Of a stretch of DNA of 59,051 nt, positions 11,701 to 26,024 are shown piece by piece. Both the position numbers and the translations under genes were made by a program. The notes beneath the pieces were generated by a model, which saw nothing but the letters and a program-made list of their open reading frames with translations, did not search any database and had not been told where the DNA came from. Source of the DNA: an uncultured Planctomycetaceae bacterium (lineage in GTDB: Bacteria; Planctomycetota; Planctomycetia; Pirellulales; UBA1268); contig CAJBCV010000125.1 in NCBI GenBank assembly GCA_903951635.1, forward strand, positions 1 through 59,051, given 5' to 3'. Numbering within the stretch: the first letter of the stretch is position 1; the number at the start of each line of letters is the position of its first letter.

Positions 11701-14700
11701 CGGGCTGCGGCTCGGGATGGTCGTCACCGGTCCGGGGATCACTGGATCGCCGACCGTGCAGGCGATCACCAGCGGCACACAGGTGACGCTCTCGAGCAGC
11801 GTCACGCTCGTCGCCGGCGACAAGCTCAACTTCTATGACACGGCCAACCGGGATCTCAACGACATCGACGGGCTTGCGGGCACCGATGGCGACTGGAATA
11901 GCCCAGAGCGTGGCCAGAGAAACAATCACGAAGGCTTCTTCGTCGACGACATCATCGTCGGCTTCGCCGAGCGCGGCGAGATGGTGACCGGCGCCACCGG
12001 TGCCACGACGATGTTCAGTGTCGCCACCCCGGTCGGTAAGACCTACCCGCAACAGTCGCTCTCGGGCGAATACAACCTCGAGATTCGTCGCGGCACGGAG
12101 TATGCCGTGCAGCTCGACGACGCTGCCCGGGACATCACGATCTTCGGCACGATCGACACCAACGACAGCCTCGTCCAGGCGCCTTCGGCCCCGGCCAAGG
12201 TGCTCGAGGTGAATCTCGTCGACGGCGCCGGCGGGGCAATCTCGGAGGCGGGCAACGGTCGGATCCGGTGGATCGACCCGACGCTCGCTGACTTGGAGGC
12301 ACCAGCCGGTACGAACGTCGCGTTGCTCGACTCGAGTTCCTCAGCGAACGTCACCAACAATCTCCTCGCCTGGACGGTCGACCTTGCCGGCCAACCGAAG
12401 GCGACGCTCGAGTTCCAGTATCTCACGCTTCCCGCGCAGGCCTACAAGGCCCTCCCGCCGACGTTCACGACGCCTACGGTGGGCCTCCAGAAAGTGCTCC
12501 CCTCCGGCGACGGCGTGGCGATCAGTGTCGACAACGGCGTCACCTGGACGACGATCGGGGCCCTCGGCAACACCCAGGGGGAGTGGAGCAAGGTCCGGCT
12601 CAACCTCGCGGCCAGCGGCGTGACGTTCTCGGCGACGACCGTGATCGGCTTCTTCCAGGCCGGTAGGACGCAGCTCAACCTCGCTCTTGGTGTCGATCTG
12701 CGGACGGCCGGTGGGATCGTCCTCGACGACTTCCGGATTACGGTCGATCCGCCGACGATGAACATCGGCACGATCGGCGACTCCAACCACGTGCGGACGC
12801 AGGGGCAGTTCGTCATCGCCAACAACCTCATCTCCGAGGCGGCCACCTACGGCATCAGCATCACCGCCGGGTCGCGCGACGCCGGGAACGGCCTGCCGAA
12901 CCCTGGCCCGGTGCGGAATCTCGCCGTCCTCAACAACCCCGGCCTCGTCGCCGGGGCCGTGGCGGTCAACAACGTCATCGCCAACGCTGGCAGGGTCGGC
13001 ATCCTGTTCGCCGGTGATGCCGGGAGGACCGGCGCTTCGGCCGGCGCCGTGCCATTCGGTCGCCTCGTCAACAACACGATCTGGGGCGGCTCGTCGAACG
13101 GGACGGGGATCGAGGTCCGCGACAACGCCGCGCCGACGATCCTCAACAACCTCTTCGCCAATCTCTCCAAGGGCGTCACCGTCGACGGCACGTCGCAATT
13201 CGACGGCGCCGGTAACCAGCGGACGGTGATCGGGGCCTCGGCCTACTGGCAGGTGGGAACGGCCGTCACGGGCGCCAATGAGAGCTCGCCGATCTCCCTC
13301 TCCGGCAATCCGTTCGTCAACGCCTCCGGCGGCAACTTCTACCTTGTCGCCGGGTCGGAGGCGATCGACAGCTCGGTCAACTCCCTCCAGGATCGCAGCG
13401 AATATGTCGCCGTGAAGAGCCCGCTGGGGATCGCGCAGTCGCCGATGCTGGCCCCCGACCTCGATCTTTACGGCCAGCTCCGTGGCGACGAGCCTTCGGT
13501 GGCCAGTGCCCCGGGCCTCGGCAGCAACGTCTTCAAGGATCGCGGTGCGATCGACCGGGTCGATTTTGTCCAGCCGACGCTCGTCATCGTCAATCCGATT
13601 GACGGCAATCCCGTCACCCCGATCGATCGGGACGGCGCGGCCGACGCGATCCGCCTCGAGCGGGCCGACGGGCTGGGGATCACCCGGTTCGTCCTCCAGA
13701 TCGACGACCAGGGGGTGGGGATCGACAAGTCGACGGTCACCTCCGCGGCGTTCCTCGTCACCCGTGACGGGGTGGCGCTTACCAACGGGGTCGACTATCT
13801 CTTCCGCTATCTGCAGAACTCCAACCAGGTGATTTTCGAGTCGATCTCGGCCTTCCCGCTCGGGACGTACACGATCACCGCCACCACCCGGGCCGCGACC
13901 GCGACCGTCGCCGGCCTCCTTATCGACCGGGCCAACAACACGCTCCTCCCCAACAAGCAGGATGGCTCGACGTCGTTCCAGATCGCCCTGGCCGACATCC
14001 CGACCGCCCCGCAGGACGTCGTCGGTACCCGCGGCGACTCGTTGGTGACGCTGTCGTGGGATCCGCCGAAGTCGATCGGCGGCACGCCGATCCTCGACTA
14101 CAACATCCAGGTGTCGACCGACGGCGGTCTCAATTGGACGCTGGTCAACGACGGTCTCTCCCCAGCCACGACCGCCACCGTCAGCGGCCTGGTCAACGGC
14201 ACGGTCTACGTCTTCCGCGTTCAGGCACGCAACGCCGTCAACGAGACGACGGGCCTCGACGACGGGATCTGGTCGGCGCCGTCGGCTCCGGTCAAGCCAC
14301 TCGCCCCGGCCGGCGCCCCGACAAACCTGGTCGCCAACGGTGGTAATGCGAGCGCCACGCTCGCCTGGACCGCCCCGACCTTCACCGGTGGGGCTCCGCT
14401 CACCGACTTCCTTGTCGAATACAGTGTCGATGGCGGCGCGTCGTGGCAGACCTTCGCCCATCCGGCGTCGACCGCCACGACCATCACCGTCACCGGGCTC
14501 GCCAACGGCGTCAGCCATGTCTTCCGCGTCAGCGGGGTCACCGAATACGGCGCCGGAAACCCGAGCACCGTGTCGATCGTCGTGGTGCCGATGACCACCC
14601 CCGACGCCCCGACCGGGCTCACGGCCCGGGTCGGTAACACGCTGGTGAGCCTCTCCTGGACCGCTGGCTTCAACGGCGGCTCGACGGTGATCAACCACGT

Positions 14701-17239
14701 CGTCCAGTACCGCGCCGTCGGCAGCGGCACCTGGCAGACCTTCTCGCCGCTGGCGCCGATCACCGGCACGAGCACCCAGGTCACCGGGCTCTCCAACGGC
14801 ACGGCCTACGAGTTCCAGGTTGCCTCGACCAATGCCGTCGGCGACTCGGCCTTCTCCTCGGTGGCCGGGCCGATCACACCGGTGGCCCCGGCTTCGGCAC
14901 CGCTCGCTTTCATCGCGGTGGGGGGCAATGCCCAGGTCAATCTGAGCTGGACGATCCCGGCAAGCGATGGCGGCTCGGCGATCACCGATTACCAGATCCA
15001 GTCGAGCCTCGACGGGGGCTCGAGTTGGACCGTGGTGGCTGATGCCGTGTCGACGGCGACCTCCGCCACGGTGGCCGGCCTCGTCAATGGGACGACCTAC
15101 ACCTACCGCGTCGCGGCGATCACCTCCTACGGCCTGGGGGCCTGGTCGACGCCTTCGAGCCCGGTGACACCGATGACGGTGCCGACCGCACCGACGGCGC
15201 TTTCAGGCGTCCGCGGCGACTCGAGCGTCGCCCTCACCTGGACCGCGCCGGCCGACAACGGCGGCGCGGCGATCACCGATGCAGTGGTCGAATACCGCCT
15301 GACGACGTCGGCGACGTGGTCGACGTTTGCCCACGCTCCCACCGCGGCCAGCGCCATTACGGTGACCGGGCTCACCAACGGGGCGTCGTACGAGTTCCGC
15401 GTCAGCGCGGTGAACGCCGCCGGAAGCAGCCCGCTGAGCAACGTCGCCGGCCCGCTTGTGCCGATGACGACCGCCTCCGCGCCGCTGAATCTCGTGGGCA
15501 CGTTCGGTGACACGAAGGTGACGCTCGCCTGGCAGACGCCTGCCTCCAATGGCGGCGGTGCGATCTCCGACTACCTCATCCAGTACCGCGAGGCGCGGGT
15601 CGGCACGCCGTGGACGACCGTTCCGCATACCGCATCGACGGCGACGTCGATCGTCGTCACAGGGCTTGCCAACGGCACGCCGTACTTCTTCCGCGTGGCG
15701 GCGGTGAACCCGGTCGGCTTCGGGGCGACGGCGGTGACGACGCCGATCACGCCGATGACGATCCCGGGTGCCCCCGCGATCGTTTCGGCCACGCCCGGCA
15801 ACGCCAGCGTGGCGCTTGTTTGGCGGGCCCCGGGGAACGACGGCGGCGGCGCGATCAGCAATTACATCATCGAGTACAAGGTCGACGGCCCCTCCATCAC
15901 GTGGACTCGGTTCCCGCGAGTGGCCTCGAATGCCACGACGGCCAATGTCACCGGGCTTGCCAACGGCACGAACTACCTCTTCCGGGTGACGGCCGTGAAT
16001 GCGGCCGGCATCGGGCCGGCGTCGAACACGAGCGATCCGGTCATGCCGGTGACCGTGCCGACCGTGCCGTTCGCGGTCGTCGCTATCGGTGGGGACAAGC
16101 AGGCACGCCTGACCTGGAATGCCCCGGCCTCCAACGGTGGGCTGCCGATCCTCGACTACGTCCTCGAATACCGGGCCGCTGGGGCCGCGACCTGGACGAC
16201 CTTTGCCGATGGTGTCTCTCCGCTGACCTCCGGTACGGTGACCGGACTGACCAACGGCGTCACCTACACCTTCCGCGTCACGGCGAAGAACGGCTTCGGG
16301 AGCTCGGCGGCCTCCGCCGAAACAAGCCCCGTCGTCGTGATGGGATTGCCGGGGGTTCCCTCGGCACCGGTGGCGACGGCGGGCGTGCGTGCGGAGGTCC
16401 ACCTCGGCTGGACCGCCCCGACCGAGACCGGCGGCGTGGCGCTCACCGACTATCGTATCGAGTATCGCAAGACGACCGACGTGGCGTGGACCAGCCATCC
16501 CCACACCGCCTCTCCGGCGGCGGGGATCGTGATCAACGGTCTGAGCACCGGAAGCACGTACGTCTTCCGCGTGTCGGCGGTCAATCCGCTCGGGGTCGGT
16601 GCCGCCTCGGCGATCTCCAATGCCGTCACCGTCATCGCCGCGCCGACCCAGCCGACGAATGTGGTGGCGAGGGCGGGCGACAAGGTCGTCAACCTCTCCT
16701 GGACCGCTCCGGCGACGAGCAACGGCTCGGCGATCGTCGATTACGTCATCGAGTACCGCAAGTCGACCGACGCTGCGTGGATCGTCTACGCCGACAGCGT
16801 GACGGCGGCTACTACGGCGGTTGTGGCGAACCTCCTCAACGGCACGACCTACGCCTTCCGGGTCACCGCCAAGAACGGGGCCGGGCTCTCCGCGCCTTCG
16901 GTCGAGTCGACGCTCGTCACGCCGATCGGCAAGGCTGCCGGGCCAACGGGCTTGTCGGGCGTGGCGTCGAGAGGGACGGTGACGCTGAGTTGGACGGCCC
17001 CGACCGACACCGGCGGGATGCCGATCACGAGCTACGTCGTCCAGTACCGCGTCAACCGGGCCGGGGCGGCGTGGGTGACGGCCAAGTGGCCGGCCGGCGT
17101 CTCCCCGACGGCGACGACCGCGAAGGTCGGTGGCTTCGTCACCCGGTTCGGTCACCTCTTCCGCGTGGCGGCCGTGACGTCGCTGGGGCAAGGGGCCTGG
17201 TCGGCGGAGGCTGGTCCGATCAATCCCTTCGGGGCCTGA
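2702..17239 (+). CDS. giant (~4845 aa) multidomain secreted/surface protein: PPC-like modules, M10-like and M8-like zinc metalloprotease modules, beta-helix-like regions, Asp-boxes, 11 FN3 repeats
   Basis: The track ORF is 2066..17239. I moved the start to the in-frame ATG at 2702 (MFLSCWLTSVRNLFSSRRLRSVRRPVRRWRQSDAQQQLEQLEARQVMAFDF). The 212 upstream codons are R/G/P-rich junk, and this N-terminus matches the motif of the gene at 1..224. Domain motifs are listed as separate features. Confidence 0.9.
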   Translation: MFLSCWLTSVRNLFSSRRLRSVRRPVRRWRQSDAQQQLEQLEARQVMAFDFVSAAAHVGAFITEGSIQHEAPPQITLTFSPGSKVDAQTIASGISVIRGGNGVLGDSDDMLVAPGSITVDDLPNQNSVVIRFAETLPDDAYRIRITGAGTGGLKTVSQGSGIPSERFRDGGTFELNFRLDLGAQVMSIVPQPVARPKLITFGSDMTRYRDGDLLQVTIRGGKMTFEFDTDGTVASGNRSVSLAGKTATDLAGEIGAAITSSGVFGSELEQAATNGARINLRGSQFTPIVAFTRSGTVPAVSPVTVADGAVLLQSADKVVVYFNANDPLTQSSAQNPRNYRLIETDPATGGDLTVQVPASVSYDAVSGTSVLTFEAGKVAADKLYRLQVGNSTDENNLLDKAVNVGSVFTGNGYSVQSFLGDGTDLANDVDLYRLSLTAAGTINVAITPDASLAPLVRLFDSSGNEVAVSTAAAAGTARTVSFVAPAGMFYVGISSVGNAAYNPTTGAGAAGGTTRGGYRLALGSTVAVGSSDDNSSFSTATALGTIGLAGQSVAGSINVRPTIATPAGNLLFPSQPGTTDEPGHRDIPVGNGLESHGMPDSSTDPASQMKVVRYNFQDVYGVDPQGNTLFNAITEEQKQRAREIFTLFSLSAGIRFIETASAGITIATGDIRALDPNAPTGSIAGMGGPGGVVMNSVIDWGQSEYGGYWYSVAMHEIGHAIGLGHAYDIPSVMGAGESSPPTAIGENILPYDYDIVHLNVLYPKTGSDIDVYKFSLDTAGTFSAQTIVARQGQAAKSQLDTVLTLYKEVAGVRTLVARNDDYYGRDSFVGLDLQAGTYFLAVTSTGNTAFNPEVIDSGYGGRSDGAYDLKIDFTPISDVANTIVDATGTAFDGDRDGKVGGAFNFWFNTAGSAGTIWVDKAAVNTAASIVTGSPTVTVASTADLVEGRVVVGIGIPAGATVAAIVSPTQFTLSRNATATNPTAGLTFGTLSSPYRTITAALAAVTPATRIIRILGNTGNDASILDDKPYLIGTALSGTALADGATFNVPKGVTVMVDEGAALKLRAAVINVGSSSGLVSRAGAALQVLGTPTGRVKFSSYHDDTLGGDSDGVGPAVQGGQWGGLVLRRDSDSPTGKVFLNTISLASLKYGGGNVFVDSELQSFAPIHVESTRPTLAFNEIFSSAGAAISADPDAFLDADGRYGPEVRGNRLLGNTINGLFVRIRTALGSPIDKLDVPARFKSTDIVYVIQENLILAGGAGGYLLNEATGRPEARATGRLQVDHGVVVKLQGSRIELERGNAQLIAEGTAEQRVIFTSLADSRFGAGSTFDTNGNAPDVRSAGDWGGIIIQAGSKASIDNAYVAYAGGLTAIEGGFDRFDAFEVQQGELRLANSRIEFNASGRSTTDRNARGSNDDSTVFVRAAQPVIVGNDFRDNSGATISVNANAMSDRAMPDYGRSTGEIDRFVEYDDNVGPLLRDNRISTKINYATDRQKGAFDITLDFAAGVSQAIRDAMAAAAFRWETVITGDLTSVRDSNGTVIDDIVIRVQPGLLGSAGSDGSGGTLANAGPTAFRAANDRNPFLPYKAEVGVDMADATSSQLVTILTHEIGHALGFTNVSNLLNLISGVRYVGANALQEYRNTFDATATSVPLEGGGGAGTAFAHWSEATFGSELLTGFLNAGINPLTRLTVGAFQDMGYSVNYSAADDYLPKAGTAGYAAPVSGVVVRGGQITVDSVWDDDDHVHVLRDEIVVDNLHTATSLRLESKAGASLVVKLDGLNAGFTATGTPGEIDDRIGGTIQIVGAPGYPVVLTSLYDDTVGASLDPLGRTVTDTNNDGRAWIDATATAPVAGSWRSLKFLPLSNDTNVAIVREAEKPFTNLVDINQVPDAAQVLGVLAPTFTTGTASSESVQNKSSDDNRRDGFAVRGTIATDDPTDVDIYSFTGYAGSEVWLDLDKTSAALDTMLELLDASGQVLARSADSQTDTGSVTGEVIVNPSAGTSVGYQLGNGNILPGTLGGVIYRGNTAIQTFTVNRAGTFTFTAIGAPATRVLSATLDRDTGLVTFTWSASVGSATTRIEADYSFGNLSLGTLGYTATGDHGALPLQKDAYRGNDYYTVNPRDAGFRAVLPGSNGSLNTYFVRVRSQPNVAPTATKTAYEAALTDPDVKTGATSGFYELRVRLQQRDQIPGSTVQYADIRFATTGIDVQGLPRNSLLAGTASEIALNTNRTFIEAQDIGKLLQSDQNTISLAGTVASPTDVRWYTFSLDYAGIQAISGVNGGGKTWATVLDIDYADGFRGDLTMSVFDATGRLIYVGRDSNVAADQPGAGQGNDFKDLSRGSVGKLDPFIGSVQLPAGATPASPTKYYVAITSNAQLPSALDATFRSGATNALVRLEPVNSVQRVIEDHIGSTGYTSTGLEVKPTQGPLINVGTAQQLSANVRAFTLADVPLFVTTGDGLYTGNALRGGRVTTIREGYSGNGQVGDIDMRPDGRLFQYFGQNDDTGNVGHLRQIDTGTGAVLSDAGDAIPDVPATPAVEDFWKLTSNSVDAMTIGRTEVGKYENAIFYSVRSGATSYLYWGRTSGNAAFNKDDPPYSQKGEIKGAGITGLTTGLQFRNDNSGTLFGVSAGGQFYTVAAGSGDATLLADFAPDLAALGDGTTGFQGLAAAPMNLESGRYAGMFFAITNTGRLVCIDVANRKLLENVFDNDGDGAPEASISRPTVGGATGLAFSPLDVNLWHPTTRRGDLSNDSVGAADPGHGINGTPDNSRTSDDAKVGGTSMYFGLEEYNNDGGNTYIGFNPAGVNGQYGVSGNGAYNWQEELTGNAEIGNNYNLPGGAQGSLVTNAFSLAGYALTDKPTLYFNYFLDTQNAQGDRDNNTMRDSARVFISVDNGLTWEVIATNNGVKSALDDVNAELPNTISASSAAGTATNQSVQELFDSTGSWRQARVDLGAWAGRSNIQLRFDFSTAGEMDAAAKRTSADEIKTVASAAGTTVTLDSVSGLRLGMVVTGPGITGSPTVQAITSGTQVTLSSSVTLVAGDKLNFYDTANRDLNDIDGLAGTDGDWNSPERGQRNNHEGFFVDDIIVGFAERGEMVTGATGATTMFSVATPVGKTYPQQSLSGEYNLEIRRGTEYAVQLDDAARDITIFGTIDTNDSLVQAPSAPAKVLEVNLVDGAGGAISEAGNGRIRWIDPTLADLEAPAGTNVALLDSSSSANVTNNLLAWTVDLAGQPKATLEFQYLTLPAQAYKALPPTFTTPTVGLQKVLPSGDGVAISVDNGVTWTTIGALGNTQGEWSKVRLNLAASGVTFSATTVIGFFQAGRTQLNLALGVDLRTAGGIVLDDFRITVDPPTMNIGTIGDSNHVRTQGQFVIANNLISEAATYGISITAGSRDAGNGLPNPGPVRNLAVLNNPGLVAGAVAVNNVIANAGRVGILFAGDAGRTGASAGAVPFGRLVNNTIWGGSSNGTGIEVRDNAAPTILNNLFANLSKGVTVDGTSQFDGAGNQRTVIGASAYWQVGTAVTGANESSPISLSGNPFVNASGGNFYLVAGSEAIDSSVNSLQDRSEYVAVKSPLGIAQSPMLAPDLDLYGQLRGDEPSVASAPGLGSNVFKDRGAIDRVDFVQPTLVIVNPIDGNPVTPIDRDGAADAIRLERADGLGITRFVLQIDDQGVGIDKSTVTSAAFLVTRDGVALTNGVDYLFRYLQNSNQVIFESISAFPLGTYTITATTRAATATVAGLLIDRANNTLLPNKQDGSTSFQIALADIPTAPQDVVGTRGDSLVTLSWDPPKSIGGTPILDYNIQVSTDGGLNWTLVNDGLSPATTATVSGLVNGTVYVFRVQARNAVNETTGLDDGIWSAPSAPVKPLAPAGAPTNLVANGGNASATLAWTAPTFTGGAPLTDFLVEYSVDGGASWQTFAHPASTATTITVTGLANGVSHVFRVSGVTEYGAGNPSTVSIVVVPMTTPDAPTGLTARVGNTLVSLSWTAGFNGGSTVINHVVQYRAVGSGTWQTFSPLAPITGTSTQVTGLSNGTAYEFQVASTNAVGDSAFSSVAGPITPVAPASAPLAFIAVGGNAQVNLSWTIPASDGGSAITDYQIQSSLDGGSSWTVVADAVSTATSATVAGLVNGTTYTYRVAAITSYGLGAWSTPSSPVTPMTVPTAPTALSGVRGDSSVALTWTAPADNGGAAITDAVVEYRLTTSATWSTFAHAPTAASAITVTGLTNGASYEFRVSAVNAAGSSPLSNVAGPLVPMTTASAPLNLVGTFGDTKVTLAWQTPASNGGGAISDYLIQYREARVGTPWTTVPHTASTATSIVVTGLANGTPYFFRVAAVNPVGFGATAVTTPITPMTIPGAPAIVSATPGNASVALVWRAPGNDGGGAISNYIIEYKVDGPSITWTRFPRVASNATTANVTGLANGTNYLFRVTAVNAAGIGPASNTSDPVMPVTVPTVPFAVVAIGGDKQARLTWNAPASNGGLPILDYVLEYRAAGAATWTTFADGVSPLTSGTVTGLTNGVTYTFRVTAKNGFGSSAASAETSPVVVMGLPGVPSAPVATAGVRAEVHLGWTAPTETGGVALTDYRIEYRKTTDVAWTSHPHTASPAAGIVINGLSTGSTYVFRVSAVNPLGVGAASAISNAVTVIAAPTQPTNVVARAGDKVVNLSWTAPATSNGSAIVDYVIEYRKSTDAAWIVYADSVTAATTAVVANLLNGTTYAFRVTAKNGAGLSAPSVESTLVTPIGKAAGPTGLSGVASRGTVTLSWTAPTDTGGMPITSYVVQYRVNRAGAAWVTAKWPAGVSPTATTAKVGGFVTRFGHLFRVAAVTSLGQGAWSAEAGPINPFGA
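4530..4905 (+). other. metzincin (M10/serralysin-matrixin-like) catalytic module inside the giant ORF
   Basis: HEIGHAIGLGH at 4844-4876 fits HExxHxxGxxH and is followed by a Met-turn-like PSVMG. It is flanked by PPC-like modules (DVDLYRLSL... at ~3983 and DIDVYKFSL... at ~5003). Confidence 0.7.
7180..7810 (+). other. second zinc-protease module, leishmanolysin (M8)-like, inside the giant ORF
   Basis: LTHEIGHALGF (HEIGH at 7517-7531) is followed ~45 aa later by AFAHWSEATFGSELLTG, which resembles the M8 HW...E.MT block from memory. Confidence 0.5.
14000..17236 (+). repeat. 11 tandem fibronectin type III-like domains (~98 aa each) forming the C-terminus of the giant ORF
   Basis: The periodic pattern P..P..L.A..G...V.L.W..P...GG..I..Y.[IV][EQ]Y......W.T........T...VTGL.NGT.Y.FRV.A.N..G.S occurs 11 times over exactly 1079 aa. 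Confidence 0.85.
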
Positions 17240-18900
17240 TCCTGTCTCGAGCGAATGGCTCCCCGGCGGGCATCGGACTTGGGAAAGATTCCCAGGCCGA
17301 TCCCCCGGGGAACCGTCGGCTCATTCCCCCCAGCTTCTCCGGCCGACGATCGGATTTCCCGTCGTCCCGGAGGCCTGGGATGTTTGGGAGGGAATGCGTG
17401 GCTCCGCGAGCGGGCGTCGAGCACGGATCTGCCCGCAGGGCTTGTGTATTCGACCCGAAGCGCCCGGTCGCCGTGACCGGCATTTGAGGATCGAGAGTCA
17501 CGACCAGCATGACCGTCAGTCGAAAAACCTGGGGAACCGATTTCCTTGGGAGGATCACGACGTCATGAACGCTTGGCAGGATCGGGCGGGTTCTCCGCGT
17601 GGCGTGCGGGTTGCCGGTTGTACGGGCCTTGCCCGGACGCTCCGCAACACGACTGGCCTCGGCCTGACGGCCACGGCGCTTCTTTTGTCCGTGGCCGCTC
17701 CGGCTGCCGCGACGGCCGGGGGCTTCGACAGCTTCCTCGATGGCGAGGGGGATCAGGTCGTCGAGCCGGTCGAAACCTCGGTGCTCAACCCGGGGCCGCA
17801 GGAGCCGACGCTCGGCTTCGGCGATGCCTCCGGCGGGTTTGACGGCTACGACTCGGCGGCGACTGTCGATGCCGTCCCCCGGGTCGATGGCGTCTATCCC
17901 GGCGCTGAGCCCGGCGTCATTCCCTATGGTGGCGGGGCTGATGGCGGCTTCAGCACCTGGAGCGGCCCGGTCGACTTCGGCGGTGGGCTCTTGCGGCCTG
18001 TGTCGCCCCGGTGGGTCGTGCAGACCGACGCGCTGTTCCTCTGGCAGGGGAACATCGGCAGTCGTCCGCTCTACCTCAACACGAGGTCGACCACGACCCA
18101 GCCGAATCCCTTCCCCCCCCCCGACACGCTGCCGACGACCGCCCTGGACATCAACCAGACGGCCAACGAGGCGGCGGCCGGGCCAAGGATCGGGGTGCTC
18201 TTCAACCTTGACAACATCTACTCGGTCGAAGGGAACTATTTCAACGTTCGCCCCTTCAACGGCGAACAGTCGACGCCGCACACCGCCGGTGCCTACCAGC
18301 AGAACTTCCTCGCCGGCTTCCGGCCGCCCGACTCCCCCGGCTTCCAGGACATCGACTGGGCGCAGGCGACGACGAACGCCTCGATCATGAGTGCCGAGTT
18401 GAACTGGCGCCGCCGCACGTGCGGGCCGGTCACCTGGCTCGGTGGATTCCGCTGGGTGGAATGGAACCAGGGACTGCAGCTCCTCGACACCTACGGAACG
18501 ACTGCCCCGACGCCGCTGGAGCAGGCGGAGCGGATCACGACGAACACCATCAACGACCTCTACGGTGGTCAGGCCGGTGCTGACGTGATGCTCTGGAACA
18601 ATGGCGGTCCGATCCGATTCAACGCCGTCGGCAAGGCTGGTGTGTTCCTCAACAACGCCGTCCAGCACACGAGCGGCTACTCGGAGGGGGATCTCGGTCC
18701 TCTCTCCGCCTCCGCCCAGCAGACGGCCTTCTTCGGTGAATTGGGGATCTTCGGCACCTGGCAGATGACCGACTGGCTCGCCTGGCGGACCGGCTACAAC
18801 TTCTTCTGGCTCTCCGGGGTCGCCGTGCCGGTCGATCAGCTCAACACCACCGACGTCCTCAACAACACCGCCACGATCAACACCAACGGCAGTGTGTTCC

Positions 18901-25038
<6,138 letters not shown>

Positions 25039-25110
25039 GGCTGGAGGCCGGGGGGATGGCGGGGAAAACCGGGGGACGGGCGCCATTGTAGCGCCCCCGG
25101 ACCGGCAGGC

Positions 25111-25139
25111 TGGACATCGCCTCCGGGCTGCCATACGAT
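25111..25139 (+). promoter_or_regulatory. possible sigma70-like promoter for tRNA-Ala
   Basis: TGGACA (25111-25116), a 17-nt spacer, then TACGAT (25134-25139), about 45 nt upstream of the tRNA. Confidence 0.3.
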
Positions 25140-25183
25140 CGGATTCCCTGGTGGACGTCTCCGCGGAGCCGCCCGCCGTCGAC

Positions 25184-25256
25184 GGGGCGGTAGCTCAACT
25201 GGGAGAGCGCGGCGTTCGCAATGCCGAGGTTGGGAGTTCGATCCTCCTCCGCTCCA
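25184..25256 (+). tRNA. tRNA-Ala (anticodon CGC)
   Basis: I folded a 73-nt cloverleaf by hand: acceptor GGGGCGG/CCGCTCC with the G3:U70 Ala identity pair, D-arm GCTC-AACTGGGA-GAGC, anticodon arm CGGCG-TTCGCAA-TGCCG, T-arm GGGAG-TTCGATC-CTCCT, discriminator A. CCA is not encoded. Confidence 0.9.
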
Positions 25257-25385
25257 CTGCAGCAGCTCGGATAAGGGCGGGTCTGCGAAGGTCAGGCTCG
25301 TTCAGGTCAACAGTCCACGAGGGCCCGCGCGTGCCCGGGGATAGCGCTCCGGCTTCGGGCTGGGATACGGTCCGGGATTCGCTCC

Positions 25386-26024
25386 ATGGCCACCTCGGCT
25401 GATCCTTCCGCCGATCTCATGCTCCGGGTGCAGGCCGGCGATGCCGAAGCCTTCGAGCAACTGCTCGCGCTCTGGCAGGACCGGCTCGTCACGCTCTTCC
25501 TCCACCACACCGGCGATCATTCCACCGCCGAGGATCTGGCCCAGGAAGTCTTTCTCCGCGTCTATCGGGCGCGGGAGGGATACCGGCCGACGGCGAAGTT
25601 CTCCACGTGGATCCACACGATCGCCAACAACGTGGCCAGCGACCTTCGGCAACGGGCCTACCGGCGGATGGAGCACGGAGTCGCGCCGTCGACGTCGTCG
25701 TCGTCGAGTACCGTAGGCCTGGAACAGATCGCCGTCGCCGCCAGCGGCGAGCGTCCTGCCCGCGAGGCCGATCGGCAGGAACTCCAGTCGGTGGTTCGCG
25801 ATGCGATCTCCTCCCTCAACGACAACCAGCGGATGGCCGTGCTGTTGGCGAAGTTCGAGCATTGTTCCTACGAGGAGATCGCGACCGCGATGGGATTGTC
25901 GGTCCCCGCCGTGAAGTCGCTCCTCTTCCGGGCCCGGGACCAACTCCGTGCCACGCTCGAGTCGTATCAGCGCGACGGCGTCCGCGCTCCGGCCACGGGT
26001 GAGGCCGGCGGAGGGACGCCATGA
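25386..26024 (+). CDS. ECF-type RNA polymerase sigma-70 factor
   Basis: Region 2 (DLAQEVFLRVYRAREGYRPTAKFSTWIHTIANNVASDLRQR) and region 4 (LNDNQRMAVLLAKFEHCSYEEIATAMGLSVPAVKSLLFRARDQL) are recognisable. Confidence 0.85.
   Translation: MATSADPSADLMLRVQAGDAEAFEQLLALWQDRLVTLFLHHTGDHSTAEDLAQEVFLRVYRAREGYRPTAKFSTWIHTIANNVASDLRQRAYRRMEHGVAPSTSSSSSTVGLEQIAVAASGERPAREADRQELQSVVRDAISSLNDNQRMAVLLAKFEHCSYEEIATAMGLSVPAVKSLLFRARDQLRATLESYQRDGVRAPATGEAGGGTP

Noticed and set aside
2762-17191. Very long antisense ORFs opposite the giant gene (2762..6550 of 1262 aa, 8660..12052 of 1130 aa, 12341..14698 of 785 aa, 15203..17191 of 662 aa) and many shorter out-of-frame ORFs
   Set aside because: Their translations are R/G/P/D/H-rich with no recognisable motifs. 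This is typical of stop-poor antisense frames in GC3-rich genes. The sense frame carries clear domain signatures throughout.
17487-17561. Direct repeat gaggatc..acgac upstream of the second barrel gene (17487-17505 and 17550-17561)
   Set aside because: It is short and interrupted. The second copy overlaps the likely Shine-Dalgarno sequence, so the similarity is probably coincidental.
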